From positions 1-64,000 of the forward strand of contig NIVC01003709.1 in NCBI GenBank assembly GCA_002269645.1: 64,000 nt of DNA, given 5' to 3'. The notes beneath the pieces were generated by a model. That model saw only the letters and a list, made by a program, of their open reading frames with translations, made no database searches and was not told the origin of the DNA. The stretch comes from Macrostomum lignano. Its lineage: Eukaryota. The position numbers and the translations under genes were made by a program. Below are positions 23,053 through 33,916 of the stretch, in pieces. Position 1 is the stretch's first letter; the number at the start of each line of letters is the position of its first letter.

Positions 23053-25485
23053 TCAGAGTAGAAAACCTTGCCGACGCAGCTCCTCAGTGACGCACAGCTG
23101 CGAGTTGCTATCCGCACCAGCCGGGACCAGCAGCTGCAGCACGGGTTCGCCAGTTCCCGGCTGGAACCGGATCAGCCTGGCCCTGATTGGTTCATAGGTG
23201 GCGCACTTTGTCAGCCGTTGAAATTCGGCGATGCACTCGTCGCTAGCACCGGCCGGTAGGACGAGCTCCGCGTCCAGGGTGCAGCGGATGGCCTGGCGGG
23301 GGTTTACGAGAGGCTTATAGAAACTAGTCTGTCTTAGTACTGGAAGCTGTGGGCATGTGGACTAGAAAAGGCCACCATGCACAGCTGAAGCAGCAGGACG
23401 CTGCACTCGCGAATCGTGCAGACTGGCGAGATGGGAAGTTTTCAGTTCTTCAGCACTGAATCCCCAATTTCTCACCTGCTGGACTTCCGAATTGCAAATG
23501 CAGCCAGCAGGTGTTTTGTCCGAGCTGCGCTTACAAGTTTATCAAGCTGCTTTTTTCATGAACTGCTGCCGGAGACCGGCAAGCAAGCAAAGTTGCGGCG
23601 AAATTGCAGTCGCTCCTGTCTCTGCAGTGTTTTGTCTGGACGGATTTGTCTATGGCCAAACCCCACTCAGCGCTGTGCAAAATGCAAATCTTTGACAAAA
23701 AACACCTGCTGGCTGCATTTGCAATTCGGAAGTCCAGCAGGTGAGACTTTCTTTCCAGAAAGCATGACCCCCCATCAACACGTACACTAAGAGGGACAGC
23801 TGACCCCCTGACCTCCCCCTGGATGGCTCTGCCATTTTAAGTGAAAAATCATCTTAAATTTCAGGGAGGGGGAAAAGCTGCCTTTTCTGTCCAGCTGAAT
23901 TGAACAGTTCTCTCTTATTGGTACAATGCCAAAGCGAAATCGGGATGCTAAATATATAAATCTGGCCAGTTTTTAAAAGTACACCCTTGGGGGCGGGAGT
24001 CCCCATTCATCCCTGATAACTTTCACTACCAACCTGGAAGGGCAGCTCGCAAAACTGAGGCTGCAGTCGGAACGCCCGGCCAACTGGCACCATCAGAGAG
24101 TCGCCATAGTCCAAACAGTCCACATCCAGCATAGCCTGCTGCTGCTGTGTAAGGTCAACACTGACAACTCTGGCCCGTTGCCAGGTTTGATCTGGCTCAT
24201 AATAAGCGGCCACCAATTCGCCTGGGCAAAGGTTGCAGCCTAGCGGATGGTCAGGCTTCAAACCATTATAGTACTCAACCATCGAGCAGACCAGATTGCT
24301 CAGACTTCTGCTCTGTTCGTTGTCGCACAGCAAGTAGAAAACTAAGGGATCGTCGCCTACAGCCGACACGCAGACGCTTATAGGTTCGTTGGTGGCTGGG
24401 AATGCAGCGAACCTAACAGGGTATGGAGGCTGGGGCGGCTGCTGAGCTGGCGGCTGAGGCTGCTGAGCTGGCGGCTGAGGCTGCTGAGCTGGCGGCTGAG
24501 GCTGCTGAGCTGGCGGCTGAGGCTGCTGAGCTGGCGGCTGGGGCTGCTGAGCTGGCGGCTGGGGCTGCTGAGCTGGCGGCTGAGGCTGCTGAGGCGACGA
24601 AGAGGCAGAGTTAGCTCCGTTAGCAGAATTTGGAGCGCCATTTCTACTACGATTAGTTGAGCGCCTAGCGTCGCGCTGATCAATCTCGGCGCACAGCTGG
24701 TCGATTAAAGATTTAGCCAGGTCGATCTGGTCTTGGGTGCCGCACAGCGTCACCAGCCGGTTCTCCTCGTTGAGCCGGCCGCCGCCGCCGCCGCCGCGTT
24801 CGACGTCGATTTTGCACCGGGACTGAGTCATGAGATCGCGCACATTCTGGCCGCCCCTGCCAATCAGCGGGCCGATGTAGCGCGAAGCCAAACGAAACTC
24901 GGCGGTCTCTTTGCGCGGCACCGCGGCTATGAGCCGACGCAGCTCCTCCTCGGCGGCGTGAACGCAGCGCGCCTCGCCGCGTATTCGGACAGGCTCCGTC
25001 GCTGAGGCCGACCTGCCGTCGGCTTGCGGGCCGTCACCGCCGTTAGCAGCCCGATTGACAAATGTAATTTTAGTCTTAGTAGTCTGCTGCAGTTGACGGA
25101 TAGCGGCGCCGTCTTTGCCAATAATAGCGCCAATTGCTTCGCGCGGAATCGACATCAGCGCCACCTTGTAGGTGTCGGCCGTGGCCACTGTCTGATCGCC
25201 GGCCTCGGCTGGTCCGTCGGCATCGGCGGCGGCATCGGCGGCAGAGTCGCCAACTGCTCCAGCAGCGGAGTCTAGCACCTGACGGCGCTGCTTCTCAGCA
25301 TAGCCAATGCCGACAGAGTGCAGCTGGACTGGGCGCTGGGTTCGATAGGTGAGGTACCAAAACACGGCACAGCCGGCCAGCACCAGGCAGTGGTAGGCCG
25401 GGCTGTCCATACCAGCAATAGTTACGAGGAGGAGTGAGGAGTGATCACGATCTGGAATAAGTTGGCGAGTTAGAGAAGCTTGCAT
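23053..25485 (-). CDS. TDRKH: Tudor and KH domain protein (TDRKH/Papi; piRNA pathway), 2 exons
   Basis: Exon 25485-24034 has an N-terminal hydrophobic anchor (CLVLAGCAVFWYLTY), two KH domains (IGAIIGKDG; IGPLIGRGG) and a Tudor domain (WQRARV..VDCLDYGD..LPFQ). A phase-0 exon 23292-23053, not in the ORF track, completes the extended Tudor (AIRCTLD..EFQRLTKCA..EELRRQGFLL*). Confidence 0.88.
23390..23755. mobile_element. Dispersed foldback-like repeat, copy 2 (other copies at ~16420-16590 and ~28085-28570)
   Basis: Near-identical CCGTCCAGACAAAACACTGCAGAGACAGGAG..CCGGTCTCCGGCAGCAGTTCATG core in three places. This copy has a ~48-bp perfect internal inverted repeat. Confidence 0.8.
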
Positions 25486-25714
25486 TTCTCAAAGTCTAAA
25501 ATCTACTATACCCAAATAGTCTTCCATTAACGGGTGATCCAATATAACGTGTGTCCCAAGTAACCTACCAATTCAACTGACTCCGAAAGAGTCGGCACTG
25601 CATAACGAAAGACAATATCTATAAATTTTATCAGTCAAAAACTTTAGTGTAACTTTGCTGTAAAAGATGCTGTTCTCTGACCTTCATTTGTCCGTGCTCA
25701 GGGCTCGAATCCGC

Positions 25715-26198
25715 GGGGTCCATGAGAATTGCCCGCAGACGAATTGCCCGCCGAGATTTTCAATTCCGGCAGGCAAATCTCAGCGGGCAATTCTCGGCAG
25801 GCAAATCTCAGCGGGCAATTCTCGGCAGGCAAATCTCAGCGGGCAATTCTCGGCAGGCAAATCTCAGCGGGCAATTCTCGGCATGCAAATCTCAGCGGGC
25901 AATTCTCGGCAGGCAAATCTCAGCGGGCAATTCTCGGCAGGCAAATCTCAGCGGGCAATTCTCGGCAGGCAAATCTCAGCGGGCAATTCTCGGCAGGCAA
26001 ATCTCAGCGGGCAATTCTCGGCAGGCAAATCTCAACGGGCAATTCTCGGCAGGCAAATCTCAGCGGGCAATTCTCGGCAGGCAAATCTCAGCGGGCAATT
26101 CTCGGCAGGCAAATCTCAACGGGCAATTCGCTCACGGGCAAATTGCACTGCGGGCAAATCTCGGCGGGCAATTCGTCTGCGGGCATTTCTCGTGCTCC
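25715..26198. mobile_element. Mutator-like MITE with an internal 28-bp tandem array
   Basis: 9-bp direct repeat CGAATCCGC (25706-14 / 26199-207) and ~36-bp inverted subterminal repeats. The interior is ~13 copies of GGCAATTCTCGGCAGGCAAATCTCAGCG. Confidence 0.75.
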
Positions 26199-26209
26199 CG
26201 AATCCGCGG

Positions 26210-26440
26210 TCACATTCAGTTGGGGCTGTGTGTGCACGAAAATTGACCAGTGGAGGTTGTCGTGCGATTCACAGCCAACCCCCCCCCCCAAAGGCGCAGA
26301 GAGTGTACAGCAGCCTGTGTGAGCGTGTGCATGAGTGCGTGCCTGCGTACAGTATTGGCGTGCTTGCATTTGCTCAGGAGTCAGTGGAATGGCTGAATTG
26401 CCTCAGCGCAGCCCTCCTGCAATTAATAATTAATAATTAC
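26210..26440 (+). mobile_element. 5'-truncated copy related to the 4618-4982 SINE
   Basis: Shares CACATT..TTTGGGGCTG, GCCAACCCC..AAGGCGCAG..AGTGTACA, GTGTGCCTGCGTAC and GCTCAGG..AGTC..GGAATGG, and has an (AAT)n tail. Confidence 0.6.
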
Positions 26441-26889
26441 CAGTGGTTTTCTACTCCTAAACGGATCCCTAATTTAGCTTCAAACATTACGCCTTTAGTA
26501 ATAATGACTTCTAGTTAAGGTTCGAAAGAGAATAAAAAACCAAAAAGAAAAGTCGAAATAAGCGTGATTGTACTCAAAGAAACCGTGATCGTGGCATGTA
26601 CATATTTATATAGGCATTATAAAGCAAGCAAACAACGATTTCTTTAAAAAAAATCTGTTGAAAATAGTTAACAACAAACACATTCTAAGCATGCTATATA
26701 CAGGTAAGTTTATTGAAAGGCCGGTTCAACAGCTACATGTATAGGTCTGCAGGTCAAAGAGTTATTCGAATTCATAGTATAGCAGCAGCCTTTCAAGACT
26801 AATACAGTGAAATTCGAGCTTTTCGAAATAATCCTAGACTTCCCCACTGCTCATAAGTATCTAAGCTACCATTTTAAATGTAATATATA

Positions 26890-27283
26890 ACGGGTGATCC
26901 AAAAAATGGACAAACCTGTAGTGAAACTGTGCCAAGGCAATACAGTGAATCTTTACAGGCTCGCAGCAGGCGAATCCTGACACCTGTAAGATCCCTTCTG
27001 CCAACTTTGGAATGAATATTTCAAATAGTCTTTGGCTTTAAGTTGAAAGTGTCTTTGGTTGTTTCTACAATTACACATCTACTGTCTATGGCTTCAAGTT
27101 GAAAGTGACTGTTGGCTAAATTTAGAATGGCTATTTTAGGAAACTGGATAAAGATATCCATTCCAAAGTTGGCAGAAAAAATCCTACAGGTGTCAGGATT
27201 CACATGCTGCGAGCCTGTAAAGATTCACTGTATTGCCTTGGCACAGCCTCACTACGAAGTTTGTCCATTTTTGGATCACCCGT
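26890..27283. mobile_element. Tc1/mariner-type MITE (394 bp)
   Basis: ~125-bp imperfect TIRs starting ACGGGTGATCCAA, flanked by TA on both sides. The same terminus occurs singly near 25530. Confidence 0.85.
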
Positions 27284-28084
27284 TATAATATGTAATATAA
27301 TATAGCTTTTTGCAACCCATTTGAGCTTACGCGCATTTAATTTAATCCAAGATAGGTTTGCCAATGAAATGGAGCTTTATCTATGGTAGCAAGGCTGGCG
27401 CAGCGGCATTTAATTTGGTCCAACAAGCATCAGTTTGGTCCACAGCTTCATTTGCAACTGCTGCGGAGGAGCAACATCAGCCCCAGAATAGTGAAACATA
27501 TGCTAGGCTTTTGAACGAATGCCATTGGCTTGCGATCGAAGCGCTCGACAGAGGTGAACACCCATAGGACATTGCAAGGTTGCTGAATGTAAAAGAATAA
27601 TTAAATCATACTAGTGTCGTAAGCTAGCAGAGTGCAAAGTGAGAAATTACCATAGACAGTCTCTCGGCAGGGCGCGAGACCCGTTTTGTGTCTGTCCTCT
27701 AGCTTTGTACCGAAATCAATGGGCTTTTGGCCATAGACATTCTCATCAGGTGGGCTTCCCTGCGTTACAACCATAGACCTTCCACACTCTAGATAGGCCA
27801 CTTTGTGTCACGGCAATCGGGTGCACTCAACCGTTTATTTTTTATACACGAAAGTGCCGACTCTTAGTGGGAACTCAGATTTTAAGTTCAGTAGGGTTTA
27901 GGACATAGACACTAGTATATGAAGGTAGGTGCATTGTCAGGATAAGAAATGGCTAAAATAGACCATATAGACAGCAAACCTATTTACAACTGTACACATG
28001 TAGGCTGCGACCATTTGATGCCTTTGTTGACAGGCTGCCCGCCTTCCCACCTAGCCTGACAAAAGCGTGTTGCTCATGTACAGA

Positions 28085-28570
28085 GTTCAGATTTCAGCAC
28101 TGAATTCCCAATGCCTCACCTGCTGGACTCCCGAACTGCAGATGCAGCCAGCAGGCGTTCTGTCCGAGCTGCGCTCACAAGTTTGTTCAGAGAAAGGTTG
28201 AAAGAAGCATTATTGTAGAGCTAAAACAGTTTCTCTCAAAGATTTGCTTTTTGAACAGCGCTGAGTGGGGTTTGGCCATAGACAAATCCGTCCAGACAAA
28301 ACACTGCAGAGACAGGAGCGGCTGCAATTTCGCCGCAACTTTGTTTGCTTGCCGGTCTCCGGCAGCAGTTCATGAAAAAAGCAGCTTGATAAACTTGTGA
28401 GCGCAGCTCGGACAAAACACCTGCTGGCTGCATTTGCAATTCGGAAGTCCAGCAGGTGAGACATTGGGAATTCAGTGCTGAAGAACTGGAAAATTCCCAC
28501 CTCGCCAGTGCAGTTCGCAGCGAAATCTGCACGGTTTTCGAGTGCAGCGGCCTTCTGCTTCAGCTGTCCA
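28085..28570. mobile_element. Dispersed foldback-like repeat, copy 3
   Basis: Same core in opposite orientation to the copy at 23.4 kb, with ~95-bp imperfect inverted arms (28095-28190 vs 28385-28480). Confidence 0.8.
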
Positions 28571-28618
28571 TGAGCAACATTTGCATCATTCATATTCTCA
28601 ATGGGAAGCAGAATTGTA

Positions 28619-31600
28619 TCAAAGCTCAGCCACCTCGACATCGTCATCTCCTGCATCAACTTCGTCGTCAGTGTCAGCGTCGGCCTCGGCCGCTCCGGTG
28701 CCAGCTGACGGCTGGCTGCCCTCGTCTATTGACTCCTCGCGGATGATGTCGCGCGGCGCCGGATGATGCTGATTGATGATGCCGCGCACTCTGGCCAGCT
28801 GCTCTTCGGTCAGCGAGTCTAGGGCTGCCTGCCATTCGGCCAGAGGCAGGTAAGCGTCGCACAGATCGGAGAAGTGCTTAGTATCTAAGGAATTTGAGCC
28901 GGAGTCCAGCGAGTTGTCCGCGCTGTCCGGACCGGAGGCGATGAGGAATGTGTGCTGCTGGGTGTCGCTGCCCTGCTGGCCGGGCAGCTGGCGGTAGTGA
29001 AAATCCCGGACTAAGAGAGTCATGTCATCGCGGATCACCTGGTTAAGTTGAGTAGGCCTAATTTATAGCTTGAGTAGGCCTAGTTGAGTAGGCCTAACTG
29101 GCTGGGGTAGGGGTTGGCGGCATATCAAAGAACTGGCTGGGAGTGGGATTGGCGGCATATCAAAGAACTTGTTGGGGTAGGGGTTGGCGGCATATCAAAG
29201 AACTGGCTGGGGTAGGGGTTGGCGGCATATCAAAGAACTGGCTGGGAGTGGGATTGGCGGCATATCAAAGAACTTGTTGGGGTAGGGGTTGGCGGCATAT
29301 CAAAGAACTGGCTGGGGTAGGGGTTGGCGGCATATCAAAGAACTGGCTGGGGTAGGGGTTGGCGGCATATCAAAGCACTGGCTGGGGTAGGGGTTGGCGG
29401 CATATCAAAGAACTGGCTGGGGTAGGGGTTTGCGGCATATCAAAGAACTTGTTGGGGTAGGGGTTGGCGGCACATTAAAGGACTGGCTGGGAGTGGGGTT
29501 GGCGGCATATCAAAGCACTGGCTGGGGTAGGGGTTGGCGGCATATCAAAGAACTGGCTGGGGTAGGGGTTGGCGGCATATCAAAGCACTGGCTGGGGTAG
29601 GGGTTGGCGGCATATCAAAGAACTGGCTGGGGTAGGGGTTTGCGGCATATCAAAGAACTGGCTGGGAGTGGGATTGGCGGCATTATATCAAAGAACTGGC
29701 TGGGGTAGGGGTTGGCGGCATATCAAAGAACTTGTTGGGGTAGGGGTTGGCGGCACATCAAAGGACTGGCTGGGAGTGGGGTTGGCGGCATATCAAAGCA
29801 CTGGCTAAGAGTGAAGTGGGCGGCACATCAAAGGACTAGCTAAAGAAGAACCAGGCGATATCGCGAACTGACCTGCTGATCGCAGTCGCCAGCATAGAAC
29901 ACGGCCTCCTTGTGCAGGCGGACTACATTGTCAACTACAGATTGGGATGCAGCCAGCAGGGAGTTGTCATTGTTGCGCAGTTCTTTAGCAACCAGGCTCA
30001 CAATTTGGCCATTGTTGGTCCGATCGTCTTTGGCTGTGACCATCTCCAGCGTGTGAAATACGCCCCTGCGGATTGTTGAAATGCATTACTTATTGAGCGG
30101 GAAAATTGCGCGACACTTCGGGGACTGCAATATTGAGAATCGGAACTGCAATATTGAGAATCAGGACCGCCATATTGAGAATCGGGACCGCAATATTGAG
30201 AATCGGGACTGCAATATTGAGAATCGGGACCGCAATATTGAGAATCGGGACTGCAATATTGACAATCGGGACTGCAATATTGAGAATCGGGACTGCAATA
30301 TTGACAATCGGGACTGCAATATTGAGAATCGGGACCGCAATATTGAGAATCGGGACTGCAATATTGAGAATCGGGACTGCAATATTGACAATCGGGACTG
30401 CAATATTGAGAATCGGGACCGCAATATTGAGAATCGGGACTGCAATATTGACAATCGGGACTGCAATATTGAGAATCGGGACTGCAATATTGACAATCGG
30501 GACTGCAATATTGAGAATCGGGACCGCAATATTGAGAATCGGGACTGCAATATTGAGGATCAGTGCTCCATCGGGGTCGAGAGTATTGCCAATGACTTGG
30601 CTCACTTAGTCATGAGCACCAGAAAGGCCCAGTCTTGCGGGCCCTCCACCGGGCCGGTGAGCGACACGAGCGGAGTGTCGGCGGGCTCCGGGGAGCCAAG
30701 CAAATAGTTGGCCGATGTCGGCGGCGCTGACGGCGTCAACAGTTGAAAACGGAGCGCCTGCCGACGCGGCTGCATCCGGCAGAGCAGCGCTCGACAAGAG
30801 CCGCCAACGCTGGCCACGTACAGCTTTTCAGAGTAGAGCAGCGCCATGGCTAGGGAGCACCGAGCGCCCAAGCCCTCTTTGAGGCTGTGCAGCTGGGCCA
30901 GGCTCTCCATCAGGTCGGCCTCGCTGCTAGATCGGGACTCTCGTAGCTGGCGAACCCGCTGCTGCGCGTCCTCGATGCGACGCTGGTTGTCAGTAACGAC
31001 ATTTGTCCTGAGGAGGATTGAACGGTTTTGAACTAGCTAGTTAGTACAGGTTGTCATAGCAACGGGAATCGAACTCGGGACTGACTTAAAAAGAATCCCT
31101 TTATTTAACCATAAAGTAACTTCTCTGGAATATGGACAACTCTCATGAAAAACCAAGCGACTCCCGTGAACATCAAGCGACTCCCATGGAACCCAAGCGA
31201 TCCCCATGGAACCCAAGCGGCTCCTATGAACCACAAGCGGCTCCCATGGAACCCAAGCGGCTCCCATGGAAACGAAGCGACTCCAATGGAACGAAAGCAA
31301 ACTAAGATGGAACCTTCGTGAATCCTATGGAACCTAAACGACTCCCATGGAACCTAAACGACTCCCATGGAACCTAAACGACTCCCATGGAACCTAAACG
31401 ACTCCCATGGAACCTAAACGACTTCCATGGAACCTAAACGACTCCCATGGAACCCAAGCGACTCTCATGGAACCCAAGCGACTCTCATGGAACCCAAGTG
31501 ACTTCCCATGGAACCCACGCAACTTCAACTACAAAGAAACTCCGGCCACCAACTTGAACATGTTGTCCACTCGTAGGATAGCATTTCGCATCACATCGGC

Positions 31601-31921
31601 CACAGTTTCGTCCGGCATTCCGGTAGACAATTCTAGCAGCACTTCGGCTGGCAGATGCTGACGAAAGAAACCGGCCAGAGCCTGGGATCCGTCGCCAGAG
31701 CCGTCAATCACAGCGTACAGATGGCAGGCCTGGTCTACTAGTTTATCAGAAGTGAAGGGGCCCAGCATGAAGTAGGCATTCTGGAAAGGGTGCACCTCGT
31801 GGGCCATCTCGCCGCCGGACTGCAGGGCTTGGTTGACTTGGGTGCCGGCGCCGCACTGGGTGCACTTGGACAGACTGTCCAATCCGCTGTGGGAGGCCGT
31901 CCTGCGGTGACCGTTGGGCAT
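28619..31921 (-). CDS. TAB1: TAB1-like (TAK1-binding protein 1; PP2C-fold pseudophosphatase), 4 exons
   Basis: Exons 31921-31554, 31007-30606, 30065-29873 and 29038-28619, with matching phases. Motifs HPFQNAY, LYAVIDG, LPAEVLL, KLYVASVG..RALLC, FLVLMTKGV, SQSVVDNVVRLH and DDMTLLVRDF match recalled TAB1 motifs. The start codon is tentative. Confidence 0.85.
29097..29838. repeat. 35-bp minisatellite (TAB1 intron)
   Basis: GCTGGGGTAGGGGTTGGCGGCATATCAAAGAACTG. Confidence 0.96.
30122..30556. repeat. 21-bp minisatellite (TAB1 intron)
   Basis: ATTGAGAATCGGGACTGCAAT. Confidence 0.97.
31135..31515. repeat. 20-bp minisatellite (TAB1 intron)
   Basis: CATGGAACCTAAACGACTCC and variants. Confidence 0.93.
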
Positions 31922-32044
31922 CCCGCTTGAGGCACAAGCTGCTGGAGCGGTCAATGTTTGGCGGAACTATTGTGAGTTTCTGCGCTGACCAGAATAACAA
32001 TATGCCATCCACTATGACTGAAACGTGATTGGGACAGTGTGAAA

Positions 32045-33144
32045 CAGATGAGTGAGGAGGAGTGACATAGATGAGTGAATGTGTGAGGGGAGTAGGACAC
32101 AGATGAGTGAATGTGTGAGGGGAGCAGGACATAGATGAGTGAATGTGTGATGGGAGTAGGACACAGATGAGTGAATGTGTGAGGGGAGTAGGATATAGAT
32201 GAGTGAATGTGTGAGGGGAGTAGGACACAGATGAGTGAATGTGTGAGGGGAGCAGGACATAGATGAGTGAATGTGTGAGGGGAGTAGGACATAGATGAGT
32301 GAATGTGTGAGGGGAGCAGGACATAGATGAGTGAATGTGTGAGGGGAGCAGGACATAGATGAGTGAATGTGTGAGGGGAGCAGGACATAGATGAGTGAAT
32401 GTGTGAGGGGAGCAGGACATAGATGAGTGAATGTGTGAGGGGAGCAGGACATAGATGAGTGAATGTGTGAGGGGAGCAGGACATAGATGAGTGAATGTGT
32501 GAGGGGAGCAGGACATAGATGAGTGAATGTGTGAGGGGAGCAGGACATAGATGAGTGAATGTGTGAGGGGAGCAGGACATAGATGAGTGAATGTGTGAGG
32601 GGAGCAGGACATAGATGAGTGAATGTGTGAGGGGAGCAGGACATAGATGAGTGAATGTGTGAGGGGAGCAGGACATAGATGAGTGAATGTGTGAGGGGAG
32701 CAGGACATAGATGAGTGAATGTGTGAGGGGAGCAGGACATAGATGAGTGAATGTGTGAGGGGAGCAGGACATAGATGAGTGAATGTGTGAGGGGAGCAGG
32801 ACATAGATGAGTGAATGTGTGAGGGGAGCAGGACACAGATGAGTGAATGTGTGAGGGAGCAGGACATAGATGAGTGAATGTGTGAGGGGAGCAGGACATA
32901 GATGAGTGAATGTGTGAGGGGAGCAGGACACAGATGAGTGAATGTGTGAGGGGAGCAGGACATAGATGAGTGAATGTGTGAGGGGAGCAGAGTGAATGTG
33001 TGAGGGGAGCAGGACATAGATGAGTGAATGTGTGAGGGAGCAGGACATAGATGAGTGAATGTGTGAGGGGAGCAGGACATAGATGAGTGAATGTGTGAGG
33101 GGAGCAGGACATAGATGAGTGAATGTGTGAGGGGAGCAGGACAC
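32045..33144. repeat. 32-bp minisatellite upstream of the TAB1 CDS
   Basis: GACATAGATGAGTGAATGTGTGAGGGGAGCAG, ~34 copies. Confidence 0.97.
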
Positions 33145-33916
33145 AGGCCTTAACTTAGCCATGAAAGAATAAACAAAGACAATGAAATTGATAACAGTAA
33201 AGAACAGGTCAAAGCTAAAATAAGCAGGAATATAATGTAAGAATACTAAAAGTAGTATATGCAGATCTCATCCATCACTAGTAAAATACAAATTCGGAAG
33301 TTGGTTTGGTATCTACTAAAATATCTTTAGTAGCAGACCAGCGTAGACAATATTGCGCTAAACAATATGTACCGTAGTAAAACTTAAAAAATTGATTTAA
33401 ATAAGATCAACAAACTATCGAGTTAACGAGCGATTTAAAAAATTATATATTATAATACAGATTCGTGCTTTAATTCAGGTAAATCCGTGAAAATGTTGAT
33501 GTCCAAATTGACGAAATGTTTGTCAATACAGAAAAACTGATTAAAAATATCTATTGCAAAAAGTTTAAAACTGTTTAGTACACAATGTACTTTAATTGTA
33601 CTGGTAGCTCGTAGTTAGTAATGCTTTCTATAATTTCTCTAAAATAGTTTATGAAAACAAAGGGAATTGGAGCGAATTGCAGGCTCAAACAGCTAATGCA
33701 GGCGTTAATGTACATTTGGCCCCAGGTGAGAATGTACATCATGCCAGCTTTAGGCTGGGCAAGGTCAAGAGGATCAATAAACGAGTTCTTGTGCTAAAAT
33801 TTATCATCGAACTTTCTATCTACTGACTGAAAGTAGTTAGTAGTTATTCTAATTATAGTATCTGTGGACTGGATTGAGTTAAAAGGTTCAAAAGGAACTT
33901 TAAATTATGCAGTTAA

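Noticed and set aside
24378-24683. Overlapping ORFs (LSRQLSS / AAELAAE)
   Set aside because: Alternative frames of the 21-bp PAQQPQP coding repeat inside TDRKH.
27358-27801. Short ORFs between TDRKH and TAB1
   Set aside because: No motifs or splice support; the region contains dispersed-repeat words.
31746-33162. 400+ aa His/Ser/Pro-rich ORFs
   Set aside because: Readouts of the 32-bp satellite.
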